Shown in pieces: positions 44,401-54,506 of a DNA stretch of 64,000 bases (its first letter is position 1; every line of letters starts with the position of its first letter). A program made the position numbers and the translations under genes. Location: the NCBI GenBank assembly GCA_050287085.1, contig JBNKBE010000002.1:192001-256000 (forward strand). Direction: 5' to 3'. Source of the DNA: Polyangiaceae bacterium (GTDB lineage: Bacteria > Myxococcota_A > Polyangia > Polyangiales > Polyangiaceae). The notes below the pieces were generated by a model. That model was not told where the DNA came from. It searched no databases and saw nothing but the letters and a program-made list of their open reading frames with translations.

Positions 44401-46821
44401 ATGAAGTGCCACCATACCTTATCCGCTCTCATCTCGCTGGGGGTGCTCGCACTGAGCGCGAGCACGTTGGCCCAACCCGCTAAGCGTGCAGCCGTCGGTT
44501 CGCGCGCAACGGCTGATGAAAAAGAGCTGCCCGGCACAGCGCCGGATCCCAAGACGACCATGGAGACGATCGCCGAGCAGGTCGACGTGCCCTATCGTCC
44601 AAAGCCGGGCGGGCATCGCATCAAGTTCAATCTCGAGGACGCGGACCTCGCCGAGCTCGTCAATCACATCAGTGGCCTGACGGGCAAGCGCTTCATCTAC
44701 GGTGCCAAGGTTCGTCAGATCAAGGTGACGGTCGTTTCGCCGACGGCGGTGACGCTGGACGAAGCCTATGAGGCGTTCTTGTCGATCTTGGACGCCAATG
44801 GCATGACGGTCGTGCCTCACGGGCCGTTTCTCAAGATCGTCGACAGCGGTGGGATCGTGGCCAAGACCACGCCGGTGTACGGAGCCGCATCTCCCGTACC
44901 CAACACCGACCGCATCCTGACTCGCCTCTACCGTTTGCAGCACACGTCTCCGAACGAGATCTCCAAGGTCTTGACCAAGTTCAAGAGTAAGGAGGGCGAT
45001 GTGTCGGTCTACGAGGCCGGACAGTTGCTCATCATCACCGATTCTGGCGCCAACGTTCGGCGCATGATTCGCCTGATCGAAGAGCTCGACTTGGGCGGCG
45101 TTAGCGCCAAGATGTGGGTTGAGCCGGTCCACTACACAGACGCCTCGGATCTCGCCAAGCAGCTGACTGACATCTATGAGCTGTCGCGGAACAAGGAGGG
45201 GTCTGATGGAGGACTTGAGCGGATCATCGCTGACACGCAGACCAATAGTCTGATCATCGTCGGGACCGAAGAGAGCTACCTGCGACTCCTTGAATTGCTC
45301 AAGCGAATCGACGTAGCGCCGCTCTCGGAAGGCCGCATTCACGTGCTGGCCCTGCAGCATGCAGACGCCGACGAATTGTCGAAGACCTTGCAGAAGATGC
45401 TGGGCACGAAGACCAGCAACAGCAAGAAGGCGACGGGGGCTCCCGTGGCGGAGATGTTCGAGGGAGAAGTCACCGTCACTGGCGACAAGTCGACGAACTC
45501 CTTGATCGTGTCGTCTTCGGCGCGTGACTACGCGCAGTTGCGACTCGTGATCGAGCAGCTCGACCAACCCAGGCGACAGGTATTCCTGGAAGCGGTGATC
45601 ATGGACGTCTCCGTATCGCGCTCGAACCAGTTGGGCCTTGCGTATCATGGCGGGGCGACGGCTGATCTGGGCGGGCCCGAAGAGTCGATCTTGTTGGGAG
45701 GGTTTTCTCCAGGCACCACTGTGCTCGGACCCAATCAGGAGCAACTTCAGGCGCTGGCCTTGGGCGTCAGCGGACCCCGTTTGGATACGGCGCGCACCTT
45801 TCCTGGGCTCAATGGCCTGAGCGTTCCCGCCTTCGGGGTGTTCTTGAACGCTTTGGCTTCGAGCGGCGACTCTAACGTCTTGCTCACCCCCCACATTATC
45901 GCAACCGACAATACTGAAGCTGAGATCAACGTGGGTGAGAACGTTCCGCTGCAAACCAATATCGGAGGCGGATTGCCCAATATTGGTGCACTTCAGGGCG
46001 CGGGCGGAACGAATGCGGCTGCGGGTTTGGCGGGGCTATCTGGATTCGGCTTCGGAGGCTTCAACGCGCAGCGTACCGACGTGGGTACCAAGATCAAGAT
46101 CACGCCCCATATCAACAAAGGCGATCAGATCCGGTTGGAGATTCAGGAAGAAATCAGCGAAACGGGAGCCGCGTCCGGAGCCCTGGGGGCGGTTTCGATC
46201 ACTCAGCGGAGAGCTAATACGACCGTAGTGGTTGACGATCAGCAGACCGTGGTCATCGGCGGTCTCATGCGCGACGTCAAGGAGAAGAGTCGAGACAAGA
46301 TCCCTGTCCTGGGAGACCTGCCGGTTCTGGGTTTTCTATTCCGGAACTCGAACGACAAGGTGCGCAAGACGAACTTGCTCTTGATACTGACTCCCCACGT
46401 AATTCGCGATCAGGGTGACTTGCGGAGGGTCTTCGAGCGCAAGATGCAGGAGCGTCAGGAGTTTCTGGATCGCTACTTCGTGTTCAATGCTGAGTGGGAG
46501 CCGCCGCGGGACTACACCCGAACCAACGGGCTCGTAGAAGAGGTGCGCCAGACGTTCTTCCGTCTGGATGAGGAGCAGCGCATTCGGCAAGAGAGCATGC
46601 CGGCGGAGGCCAAGTTGCATGAGGCGGGTGAACCCTTGGAGCTGGCCGGTAGCGTCAAGGACGGCGCGGCACCAGCCGCTCCCAAGGCAGCGCCTAATGC
46701 GGCGCCGCGGAAGGCCGCGCCCGCCAAGGCGCGACCCGCGTCCAGCAACGAACCGGTTCTGAACGTGAAGCCTCTCGCTCGCCGGCTGGAGGCAGCGCAG
46801 GGGCAGGAGAGCGTCAACTAA
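44401..46821 (+). CDS. gspD: Type II secretion secretin
   Basis: Signal peptide; N0 domain FNLEDADL...ISGLTGKRF; N-domain repeats; LDQPRRQVFLEAVI; KIPVLGDLPVLGFLF. Confidence 0.97.
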   Translation: MKCHHTLSALISLGVLALSASTLAQPAKRAAVGSRATADEKELPGTAPDPKTTMETIAEQVDVPYRPKPGGHRIKFNLEDADLAELVNHISGLTGKRFIYGAKVRQIKVTVVSPTAVTLDEAYEAFLSILDANGMTVVPHGPFLKIVDSGGIVAKTTPVYGAASPVPNTDRILTRLYRLQHTSPNEISKVLTKFKSKEGDVSVYEAGQLLIITDSGANVRRMIRLIEELDLGGVSAKMWVEPVHYTDASDLAKQLTDIYELSRNKEGSDGGLERIIADTQTNSLIIVGTEESYLRLLELLKRIDVAPLSEGRIHVLALQHADADELSKTLQKMLGTKTSNSKKATGAPVAEMFEGEVTVTGDKSTNSLIVSSSARDYAQLRLVIEQLDQPRRQVFLEAVIMDVSVSRSNQLGLAYHGGATADLGGPEESILLGGFSPGTTVLGPNQEQLQALALGVSGPRLDTARTFPGLNGLSVPAFGVFLNALASSGDSNVLLTPHIIATDNTEAEINVGENVPLQTNIGGGLPNIGALQGAGGTNAAAGLAGLSGFGFGGFNAQRTDVGTKIKITPHINKGDQIRLEIQEEISETGAASGALGAVSITQRRANTTVVVDDQQTVVIGGLMRDVKEKSRDKIPVLGDLPVLGFLFRNSNDKVRKTNLLLILTPHVIRDQGDLRRVFERKMQERQEFLDRYFVFNAEWEPPRDYTRTNGLVEEVRQTFFRLDEEQRIRQESMPAEAKLHEAGEPLELAGSVKDGAAPAAPKAAPNAAPRKAAPAKARPASSNEPVLNVKPLARRLEAAQGQESVN

Positions 46822-46823
46822 TC

Positions 46824-48593
46824 ATGCTGGCTCAGCGCGCATTGGGAGAAATTCTCATTCGGCAGGGGGTTCTCACCCGCGAAGCCTTGGAGAATTTGCT
46901 CGGCAAGCAGGAGGAACCCGCGCCGCTCGTAGAGTTGATCCTGGCCGAGAAGCTTGCGACGTCGGAGGCCGTAATCCGAGGCTTTGCCCAGGAGTGTGGA
47001 CTTCCCTTTATCGACAAGCTGGATGCTGAAGAGATTCCACTGGCGGTGGGCGCGCGTCTGCCCATCACCTACTCGCGGGGCCACAAGCTGCTTGTCACTG
47101 CGGAATACGACGATCACGTGGAGGTCGTGACGGGTGATCCTTTGGACACGGCCGGGGTGGACGACGTCCATGTCACCTTTGGCAAGCCCGTGGTGGTACG
47201 GGTCGCGGCGCCCGAGGTCGTAGAAAACGCCATCAATCGCGTCTACGAGCGGCGCAACACCGACAGTCAGCTCGAGTCGACCGATGAGGAGGCGGACGAA
47301 GGCGCCGTCGATATTCTGGATTCGGACGATGAAGCGCCCATCATCCGCTGGGTTAACTCGCTGTTCACACAAGCCGTGAAGGAGCGAGCTAGCGACATCC
47401 ATATCGAGCCCGAAGAGAGGGAAATCATCGTTCGCTATCGAGTCGATGGTCAGCTCTACGTGGCCAAGCGGGCGAGTCGACAGTTCATGGGGTCGGTCAT
47501 TGCCCGTGTGAAGATCATGGCTGGGCTGAACATCGCGGAGAAGCGACTGCCTCAGGACGGGCGTATCGCTTTGAAGATTGCCGGGCGTGCGATCGACATT
47601 CGCGTCTCCACGGTGCCGACGAGTCGCGACTACGAGCGCATCGTGATGCGCCTATTGCACAAGACCAACGTTCTACTCGAGTTGACGGAACTAGGCTTCT
47701 CCGCGCGTGACTACGGATTGATGGATCGTTTGATCCATCGCCCCAATGGTATTGTGCTCGTCACGGGGCCAACCGGTAGCGGCAAGACCACCACTCTCTA
47801 CGGCTGCGTGAATCGCATCAACCGGCCGAAGGTCAATATTCTCACTGCCGAAGACCCAGTAGAGTACGAGATTGCCGGCATTCACCAGGTGCCGGTGCAG
47901 CCGAAAATAGGGCTGACCTTTGCAAGCGCGCTGCGCGCCTTCTTGCGTCAGGATCCCGATGTCATCATGGTCGGTGAGATCCGCGACAAGGAAACGGCTG
48001 AAATCGCCATGCATGCGTCCATGACGGGCCATCTGGTGTTGAGTACGATTCACACCAACGACGCCGCGGGCGCGTTCACGCGTCTTATTCAGATGGACAT
48101 CGAACCGTTTCGAGTGCGCTCTACCGTTGCAGGTGTCTTGGCGCAAAGGCTCGTGCGCGTTCTATGCCCCCACTGCAAAGAGGCCTACGACGCGACTCCT
48201 TTTGAGTTGAAGCAGTTGGGGCTCGATCCAGAGCGCTCGCAGAAGCGCGTCGAACTGAAGGAGTCGAGCGCCTATTGGGTCGAAGGGGTCAACGAACCGC
48301 CACTGGGCTGGTTCAAAGACACGCCGCCGACATTCTATCGCGCCCGTGGCTGCGATGAGTGTGAAGGGAAGGGCTTTTCCGGGCGACTTGGCATCTATGA
48401 ACTGTTGATGACAGACGACGCGGTGGGCGAGTTGGTGCTGCGTAGCACCGACGCCCAAACGATTCGGAAGTCAGCTCAATCACGTGGCATGAAGACCCTG
48501 CGAGACGATGGTGCTCACAAGGTCCTGCGCGGGCTCACCACGGTGGAAGAGGTCGTCGCGGCATCGACCGACGAGTCTGGGCAAGAAGGTTAG
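46824..48593 (+). CDS. gspE: Type II secretion ATPase
   Basis: ASDIHIEP, EKRLPQDG, GPTGSGKTT, EDPVEY, LRQDPD, GEIRD, TGHLVLSTIHTN and CxxC...CxxC motifs. Confidence 0.97.
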   Translation: MLAQRALGEILIRQGVLTREALENLLGKQEEPAPLVELILAEKLATSEAVIRGFAQECGLPFIDKLDAEEIPLAVGARLPITYSRGHKLLVTAEYDDHVEVVTGDPLDTAGVDDVHVTFGKPVVVRVAAPEVVENAINRVYERRNTDSQLESTDEEADEGAVDILDSDDEAPIIRWVNSLFTQAVKERASDIHIEPEEREIIVRYRVDGQLYVAKRASRQFMGSVIARVKIMAGLNIAEKRLPQDGRIALKIAGRAIDIRVSTVPTSRDYERIVMRLLHKTNVLLELTELGFSARDYGLMDRLIHRPNGIVLVTGPTGSGKTTTLYGCVNRINRPKVNILTAEDPVEYEIAGIHQVPVQPKIGLTFASALRAFLRQDPDVIMVGEIRDKETAEIAMHASMTGHLVLSTIHTNDAAGAFTRLIQMDIEPFRVRSTVAGVLAQRLVRVLCPHCKEAYDATPFELKQLGLDPERSQKRVELKESSAYWVEGVNEPPLGWFKDTPPTFYRARGCDECEGKGFSGRLGIYELLMTDDAVGELVLRSTDAQTIRKSAQSRGMKTLRDDGAHKVLRGLTTVEEVVAASTDESGQEG

Positions 48594-48595
48594 CG

Positions 48596-49822
48596 ATGGC
48601 CGTTTTTGCGTACAAGGGCGTCGAAGCGAGGAGCGGCAAGAGCGTCAAGGGGTATCGCGACGCGGACAGTGCCAAGGCGCTTCGCGCGTTGTTGCGGCGC
48701 GACGGCGTATTGCTCACGTCAGCCAAGGAAGACAGCAAGCGGCGTCAGCAAGCGGCTGGCGGTAGCGATCTGCTGGCCTTCTTCAAGCGACCGACGGCTC
48801 GAGACGTGTCGATCATGACGCGGCAGTTGGCTACGCTGGTTCGGGCCGGAATTCCACTTGTTGAGTCGATCTCGGCGCTGGTTGATCAGACCGAGAAAGA
48901 GTCGCTGATCAAGGTTCTGAGCGCCATTCGCGAGGATCTAAAAGAGGGTACGTCTTTCGCCAAGACTCTGGAACGCCATCCCAAGGTGTTCGTCCCGCTC
49001 TATGTCAATATGGTTGCGGCGGGTGAAGCGTCTGGGACGCTGGAAGCGGTACTGGAGCGCCTGGCGGACTTCATGGAGAATCAGTCGCGGCTTCGCGGCA
49101 AGGTTTCCTCAGCGCTCACCTACCCGATCTTGATGACTATCATCGCGGGAGTACTTGTGGGCGTGCTCATGGTTGCAGTGGTTCCCAAGGTCACGAGCAT
49201 CTTTGACAATCTCGGTCAGGAGTTGCCTTGGTACACAGCCCTTCTGATCGCGGTCAGTGACTTCTTTGCCGCGTTCTGGTGGTTGCTCATTCTGGCGGGG
49301 ATCGGCGGAACCGTATTCTTTCGTCGCTGGGTTGCGACCGAAGAGGGACGGTTGAAGTTTGATACGTTCATGCTGAGAGTGCCCATGTTTGGGCGGCTCA
49401 ATTTGCTGGTGGCTGTCGCGCGCTTTGCGCGAACGCTGTCGACCTTGTTGGCCAGCGGTGTGCCCTTGCTCTCTGCCATGGCCATCGTACGAAACGTGCT
49501 CGGCAACAAGCGGCTCGCCAACGTGGTTGAGCAGGCGACGTCGATGATCCGCGAGGGTGAGAGTATCGCTGAGCCGCTCAGGCGCAGCGGGGAGTTTCCT
49601 CCGATGGTCACCCATATGATTGCCATCGGTGAGAAGAGCGGGCAGCTGGAGCAGATGTTGGTAAACGTTAGTGAAGCGTACGAGACCGACGTAGATGCGA
49701 AGGTTCAGGCGCTGACGAGCGCGCTGCAGCCCCTCGTCATCGTGGTGATGGGCGGCATGGTGGGTTTCATTGCCATGGCCATCCTGATGCCCTTGGTCCA
49801 GATGAACGATATGGTCGAGTAG
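48596..49822 (+). CDS. gspF: Type II secretion inner-membrane platform protein
   Basis: TRQLATLVRAGIPL, AGEASGTL, ALTYP and GEKSGQL motifs; three TM segments. Confidence 0.96.
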   Translation: MAVFAYKGVEARSGKSVKGYRDADSAKALRALLRRDGVLLTSAKEDSKRRQQAAGGSDLLAFFKRPTARDVSIMTRQLATLVRAGIPLVESISALVDQTEKESLIKVLSAIREDLKEGTSFAKTLERHPKVFVPLYVNMVAAGEASGTLEAVLERLADFMENQSRLRGKVSSALTYPILMTIIAGVLVGVLMVAVVPKVTSIFDNLGQELPWYTALLIAVSDFFAAFWWLLILAGIGGTVFFRRWVATEEGRLKFDTFMLRVPMFGRLNLLVAVARFARTLSTLLASGVPLLSAMAIVRNVLGNKRLANVVEQATSMIREGESIAEPLRRSGEFPPMVTHMIAIGEKSGQLEQMLVNVSEAYETDVDAKVQALTSALQPLVIVVMGGMVGFIAMAILMPLVQMNDMVE

Positions 49823-49895
49823 TGTAGTTGGGGTGGCGCGAGACGCGCGGGACGCGGCATGCAGCGGGATCGATAGAGACGAGTGGCAGAGTGCG

Positions 49896-50303
49896 ATGCG
49901 ACGTAGAAACGAGCACAGAATCTTCTTCCCTTGGGAGAAGCGAGGCGGGCTGATACGGAGACTGGGCCTGCAACGTGCGCAACCTTTTGTTTGGGCACTG
50001 CTCGCGTGTGGGCTGCTCTTGCTCGTAACGTCACGAGAGCGCCGGGCCACCGGCATACGCAAGACACAGGTCGTGCTGCGAGATGTACGCGGGGCGCTCG
50101 ATCAATACCTCTCGGAACATGAGGGACGTTGTCCTCGTTCGTTTTCCGAGCTCTCGCGCTACGCGGAAATCGGCGACGTTCCGCTGGACGCATGGGGTAA
50201 TCCACTGCGCCTTGTGTGTCCGGATCCGCGTGGGGACCTTCCGTATGCCCTGAGCAGCGACGGCCCCGATGGCCGTCCCGGGGGACTTGATAGAATCAAC
50301 TAG
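49896..50303 (+). CDS. GspG-like pseudopilin-domain protein lacking a prepilin cleavage motif
   Basis: One hydrophobic segment, then ALDQY...CP...DAWGNP...SSDGPDG (GspG globular-domain motifs). No G|FxxxE site. Lies between gspF and gspG. Confidence 0.7.
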   Translation: MRRRNEHRIFFPWEKRGGLIRRLGLQRAQPFVWALLACGLLLLVTSRERRATGIRKTQVVLRDVRGALDQYLSEHEGRCPRSFSELSRYAEIGDVPLDAWGNPLRLVCPDPRGDLPYALSSDGPDGRPGGLDRIN

Positions 50304-50332
50304 GCCGGAGTCGTCCGGCAAGGAGCAAGCAT

Positions 50333-50758
50333 ATGCAAACAAGAGATAGACTGTTCACGTTGGTTGCGCGGCGACGCAGAACTGCCGGCGTCACGTTGGT
50401 TGAAGTTCTGATCGTGATTGCCATCATGGCGATGCTGAGCGGCGGCGTAGCCTTCGCGCTGCTGCCGCGAATGAAGGAAGCGCAACTCAAGACAGCCAAG
50501 CAAGGGGCGCAGGAGATGCGCAAGGTGGCTCAACTGTATATGTATGAGAATGCGGGGGAATGCCCCTCGGTATCTCAGCTTCGCAAGTCGGGGCATCTGG
50601 ACAAGGGCAGCAACGTCAAGGACCCTTGGGATGAGGCTTACCGCATTCGATGCGGCGACGATGAGGTGTTTGTCGAGTCTTCGGGGCCGGACAAAAAGCG
50701 CGGGACCGAAGATGACATCGTCGTGCCCAATGAAGGCCCGGCCGACGACGATTCTTGA
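50333..50758 (+). CDS. gspG: Major pseudopilin
   Basis: AG|VTLVEVLIVIAI prepilin motif, KDPWDEAY and SSGPDKKRGTEDDI; AAGGAG RBS. Confidence 0.9.
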   Translation: MQTRDRLFTLVARRRRTAGVTLVEVLIVIAIMAMLSGGVAFALLPRMKEAQLKTAKQGAQEMRKVAQLYMYENAGECPSVSQLRKSGHLDKGSNVKDPWDEAYRIRCGDDEVFVESSGPDKKRGTEDDIVVPNEGPADDDS

Positions 50759-51516
50759 GTAGGCGTATGCCGAGATCTCGTCCCATTCCCCAGCCCTGTT
50801 GCGGTGGCTACAGGCGGCGCGCGCATGGTCGCGCCCGGGGCGTGACTTTGGTCGAGGTTCTCATCGTGGTGGCGCTACTCGCCTTGTTGACAGGCTCCCT
50901 TCTTGGCAGTCGTGGGCTGCTGGGGAGCGGTCAGCTGCGGGCGGCGGCAACACTGGTCATGACGGGCATTCGGCAGGGCATTACGCTGGCCAATACCTCG
51001 GGTTTGGCCACACGAATGGTATTCGACCTGGAGACGCGCCGCGTTTGGCTTGAACAAAGCACGGAACGCATGCTGCGGCGCAAGAGTGAAGATCCGGACG
51101 ACCCCACTGCAGGCGCCGAGGCAGCGACAACGGCGGAGCGTCGAGCGCGCGAGACAGCGGCCGCTTTTTTGGAGGGTCCCGCGGAGCCCCCGCCTCCCTT
51201 TCAAGCCGTGGACGGATATGATCAAAACGACACGGATGCGGAGCCTGGTCGCGACCTGGGTAGCGACGTGCGTATCGTGTCGGTCATGACGGAACACGAT
51301 GAGCGACCGCGGACTGAGGGGCGCGCTTACCTGTATTTCTGGCCAGGGGGAGGTACAGAGAAGGCCGTCATTCAGTTGACCCGGGCAGGTCGAGACGCAC
51401 CGCTGAGTGTTGTGGTTTCCGCTCTTAGCGGGCGGGCTCAGCTCGTCAGCGAGGCCGTGGATTTCGAGGAGCCCCCCGCGGACATCGACTTCGGCGAGCG
51501 AGAGGTTGAGCCTTGA
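50755..51516 (+). CDS. gspH: Minor pseudopilin H
   Basis: RG|VTLVEVL prepilin motif, YFWPGG, operon position. Start may be ATG 50767. Confidence 0.82.
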   Translation: MSRRMPRSRPIPQPCCGGYRRRAHGRARGVTLVEVLIVVALLALLTGSLLGSRGLLGSGQLRAAATLVMTGIRQGITLANTSGLATRMVFDLETRRVWLEQSTERMLRRKSEDPDDPTAGAEAATTAERRARETAAAFLEGPAEPPPPFQAVDGYDQNDTDAEPGRDLGSDVRIVSVMTEHDERPRTEGRAYLYFWPGGGTEKAVIQLTRAGRDAPLSVVVSALSGRAQLVSEAVDFEEPPADIDFGEREVEP

Positions 51517-52295
51517 TGCTCCGTACTAGTCGTGGGTTTACGCTGCTGGAGGTTCTGGTTGCGATTGCCATCTTGGGCCTCGGGTTGACCGTTGTACTCT
51601 CGGCTCAGTCCGGCGTCTTCTACTCCTATTCGCGGGCGACGCGCATGAGTCAGGCGCCCGGGCTACTCCGCTGCAAGATGGAAGAGCTTGAGTTGGAACT
51701 CGCCACCAAGGGCTATTCGCTGGTTGATGAGGAAGACGAAGGCGAGTGTTGTGAGGACACCGACGCTGACGACTACCATTGTAGTTGGAAGATCGAGCGC
51801 GTGGAGTTGCCGTCCATCTTGGCCGATGATCCGCTCGCGGGCGACGCTGGGGTACCGGACGTCACCGGCGCAGCCAGCGAGAGCGCACTCGGAGAGGAAC
51901 CAGCGCTTGGCGAAGTGCAGTCGGGAGTCGGTGGGCCACTGTCCGCGCTGAGCGAGATATCTGCGTCCAACGGCGCGGCCCTCGGCACAGATCCGACGAT
52001 CGGAGGACTTTCCTCTATGATGGGAGGCGACAGCGCCGGCTCCGGGATGGCCTCCATGGTGATGGGGCTCGTATATCCAGATCTGAAGCCGATGCTGGAA
52101 GCTAGCATCCGAAAGATCACGGTTTCGGTGCATTGGCGGGAGGGTAAGCAAGATCGAGAGTTTGCGGTTACCCAGTATGTGACCAACCCGATGCAGGGAG
52201 GATTCGACCCCCTCACGGGGGCGGTCGTCGATGAGCTAGGGGACCAGCTGGAAAACGCTCAAGCCGGACAGGCGGGGAACGGAGGTGGACGATGA
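51513..52295 (+). CDS. gspI: Minor pseudopilin I
   Basis: RG|FTLLEVLVAIAIL prepilin motif, IRKITVSVHW, operon position; long acidic/Gly-rich insertion. Confidence 0.82.
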   Translation: MMLRTSRGFTLLEVLVAIAILGLGLTVVLSAQSGVFYSYSRATRMSQAPGLLRCKMEELELELATKGYSLVDEEDEGECCEDTDADDYHCSWKIERVELPSILADDPLAGDAGVPDVTGAASESALGEEPALGEVQSGVGGPLSALSEISASNGAALGTDPTIGGLSSMMGGDSAGSGMASMVMGLVYPDLKPMLEASIRKITVSVHWREGKQDREFAVTQYVTNPMQGGFDPLTGAVVDELGDQLENAQAGQAGNGGGR

Positions 52296-53014
52296 TGACG
52301 CGTGGCCCGCGCCCCGGCGCTTTCAGGGCCCGCGCCTTCACGCTGATCGAGGTATTGGTTGCGATTGCCATCTTCGCCATGATCTCCACGCTCATCATGA
52401 CGTCCTTCTCATCGCTTCAACGCAGTAAGGAGGGGGTGCGCAGAATCTCGGAGCGCTACCGCCAGGGACGGATGGCACTGTCGCGGATGTCGCGGGAGCT
52501 GCAGAGCGCCTACATTTCTCATCATGTCCCGATCGATCCCAATCTGCTCGTTTGGCGCACGGCGTTCATCGCGGAGCGCGACGATCCGGCGGATCGCGTG
52601 AGTTTCGTTGCGTTTGCGCATCGCCGGCTCGACCGAGACGCGCACGAAAGCGACCAGATGGAAGTGAGCTACTATTCACTTCCCAGTGATCAGGATGACG
52701 GTAGCTACGACTTGATTCGTCGCTTCAGCCCGAAGATCGATCTGGAGCCAGAAACGGGGGGCCGTGCCCAGGTACTAGCCACTGATATTGAGTCGTTGCG
52801 CTTCCAGTATCTCGACGCGCTAACTGGCCTGTGGAGCGAGGACTGGGACAGTACGGAAGCGATTCGTCAGTACGATCGCTTGCCCTTGCAGGTGAAGATT
52901 GACCTCGTATTGCGAGGGGGTCAGCGCGACGGTTCGGGGGACCGCGGCACGCTTACATTCAGCACCAAGGTTGGACTCCCGATGCAGCGACCTCTGGAGT
53001 TTGCCATTCAATGA
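52292..53014 (+). CDS. gspJ: Minor pseudopilin J
   Basis: RA|FTLIEVLVAIAI, MSRELQSA and WSEDWDS...LPLQVKI motifs; operon position. Confidence 0.85.
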   Translation: MMTRGPRPGAFRARAFTLIEVLVAIAIFAMISTLIMTSFSSLQRSKEGVRRISERYRQGRMALSRMSRELQSAYISHHVPIDPNLLVWRTAFIAERDDPADRVSFVAFAHRRLDRDAHESDQMEVSYYSLPSDQDDGSYDLIRRFSPKIDLEPETGGRAQVLATDIESLRFQYLDALTGLWSEDWDSTEAIRQYDRLPLQVKIDLVLRGGQRDGSGDRGTLTFSTKVGLPMQRPLEFAIQ

Positions 53015-54429
53015 GACGCCGATTCCCAATGCCTGGAAGGACGAAGGGACATCGCCGCAAGCGCGGCGTCGCGCTGGTGATCGTGTTGGCGTCGCTGTCG
53101 CTCATCGCGGTCTTGTTGGCGGAGTTTCAGGATGAGACGTCGGCCGACTTCGGTCACGCCCTTGCAGAGCGTGACGCGCTGAGAGCTGAGTATGCTGCGC
53201 GCAGTGCTATCAACCTATCGCGCCTGCTGATCGCGTCTGAGCCGACGATCCGCAAAGCGGTACTGCTTCTCTTCGCCGGCCGCGCGCCGCAGATCCCCGT
53301 TTGGGAGTACGCAGAGCAGGTGCTCGGGGTCTTCAATGGTGATGGCGGGACGGGGAGCTTCAAGACTCTTGGGGCGTTTGACTTTGACGACGCCAAGAGT
53401 CTGGGGTTGGAGGGCGCTTCGTTTGAACTCGCGATCGTCGATGAAGACGCGCGCATCAACTTCAATCAGGCGGCTCGTCCGAACCTATTTGCAAAACAGC
53501 GCATGGCACAGCAGCTCATGGGCATGATGCAGGGGATTCAGTTTGAATCGATGTTTGACAGCCCAGACACGGAGGGCAACCGCTCGTCCCGGCAAGACGT
53601 GTGCGGCGCTGTCATTGATTGGACCGACAGCGATCAGCAGGCAGAGGCGTGTGATGTGTCAGGGCAGCAGATCAATGCGGGCTCGGAAGACTCCTTCTAC
53701 CAGCTCTTGGACTCTCCCTACGAGCGGAAGAACGCTGGGTTTGATAGCCTGGAAGAGCTGCATCTGGTGCGCGGCGTGGGTGACGACTTCTGGGCTACCT
53801 TCGTAGATCCCGATCCGGGCGATCCGCAGGCACGCGTTGCCACGGTATGGGGACGCTCCCAAATAAACGTCAACACGGCCAATCCGCAGACGCTTTGGAG
53901 CCTAATCTGTGCTGCAGCACTTCCAGAGCAACCGTTCTGCACCGATCCAGACCAGATTCAGCGATTCTTCATGCTGGCGAGCATCCTGCGAGGGGCCACC
54001 GCTGGGGTCCCCCTGTTCACCTCTCCTAACTCGCTTATCAACGCCCTGAAGGGCCAAGGAATGGTGGGTACGGTGATGAAGAGTTTCGAGCTTCAAGCGC
54101 CACGCCTGATCAGCGAAGCGGAGTTCAAGAAGACAATCTCGACCGACAGCAAGGTCTTCAGCATTGTGGCGACCGGCGTTGCACGGGCGGGCAAGCGCGA
54201 GACTCGGCGCCGTGTCATCGCGGTCGTTGATTTCCAGAATGCGCCGGGGGCCCTCGATTTCTCCAAGCTCGCCGGGGCGGACCTGAGTGGGGCCACCGGC
54301 TCTGCATGGCAGCAGGCGCTCGATCGCGTCAATCCGGCCACGCTGCCTGAGGGAGCGAGCGCTGACACCATCACCGCCGCGTTTCGGCCTAGCCCCGCTG
54401 GCAGAGTCATTTACTATCGAGTCGAGTAG
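53011..54429 (+). CDS. gspK: Minor pseudopilin K
   Basis: RG|VALVIVL (no Glu5, typical of GspK), DEDARINFN, IDWTDSD, FDSLEELHLVRGV and INVNTA motifs. Confidence 0.92.
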   Translation: MRRRFPMPGRTKGHRRKRGVALVIVLASLSLIAVLLAEFQDETSADFGHALAERDALRAEYAARSAINLSRLLIASEPTIRKAVLLLFAGRAPQIPVWEYAEQVLGVFNGDGGTGSFKTLGAFDFDDAKSLGLEGASFELAIVDEDARINFNQAARPNLFAKQRMAQQLMGMMQGIQFESMFDSPDTEGNRSSRQDVCGAVIDWTDSDQQAEACDVSGQQINAGSEDSFYQLLDSPYERKNAGFDSLEELHLVRGVGDDFWATFVDPDPGDPQARVATVWGRSQINVNTANPQTLWSLICAAALPEQPFCTDPDQIQRFFMLASILRGATAGVPLFTSPNSLINALKGQGMVGTVMKSFELQAPRLISEAEFKKTISTDSKVFSIVATGVARAGKRETRRRVIAVVDFQNAPGALDFSKLAGADLSGATGSAWQQALDRVNPATLPEGASADTITAAFRPSPAGRVIYYRVE

Positions 54430-54506
54430 CTATCGGCAGGCACCGCCTTGCCATCGCGCCGGCATTTCACTTCATCTGAGTCGCTTCCACCTTCGTTCGT
54501 TTTCTC

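Noticed and set aside
44419..45954. Long antisense ORFs (e.g. 44419-45954, 2148-3293, 31962-33005, 54671-55621, 8652-9566)
   Set aside because: They lie opposite well-supported genes, lack recognisable motifs, and are expected shadows of high-GC codon bias.
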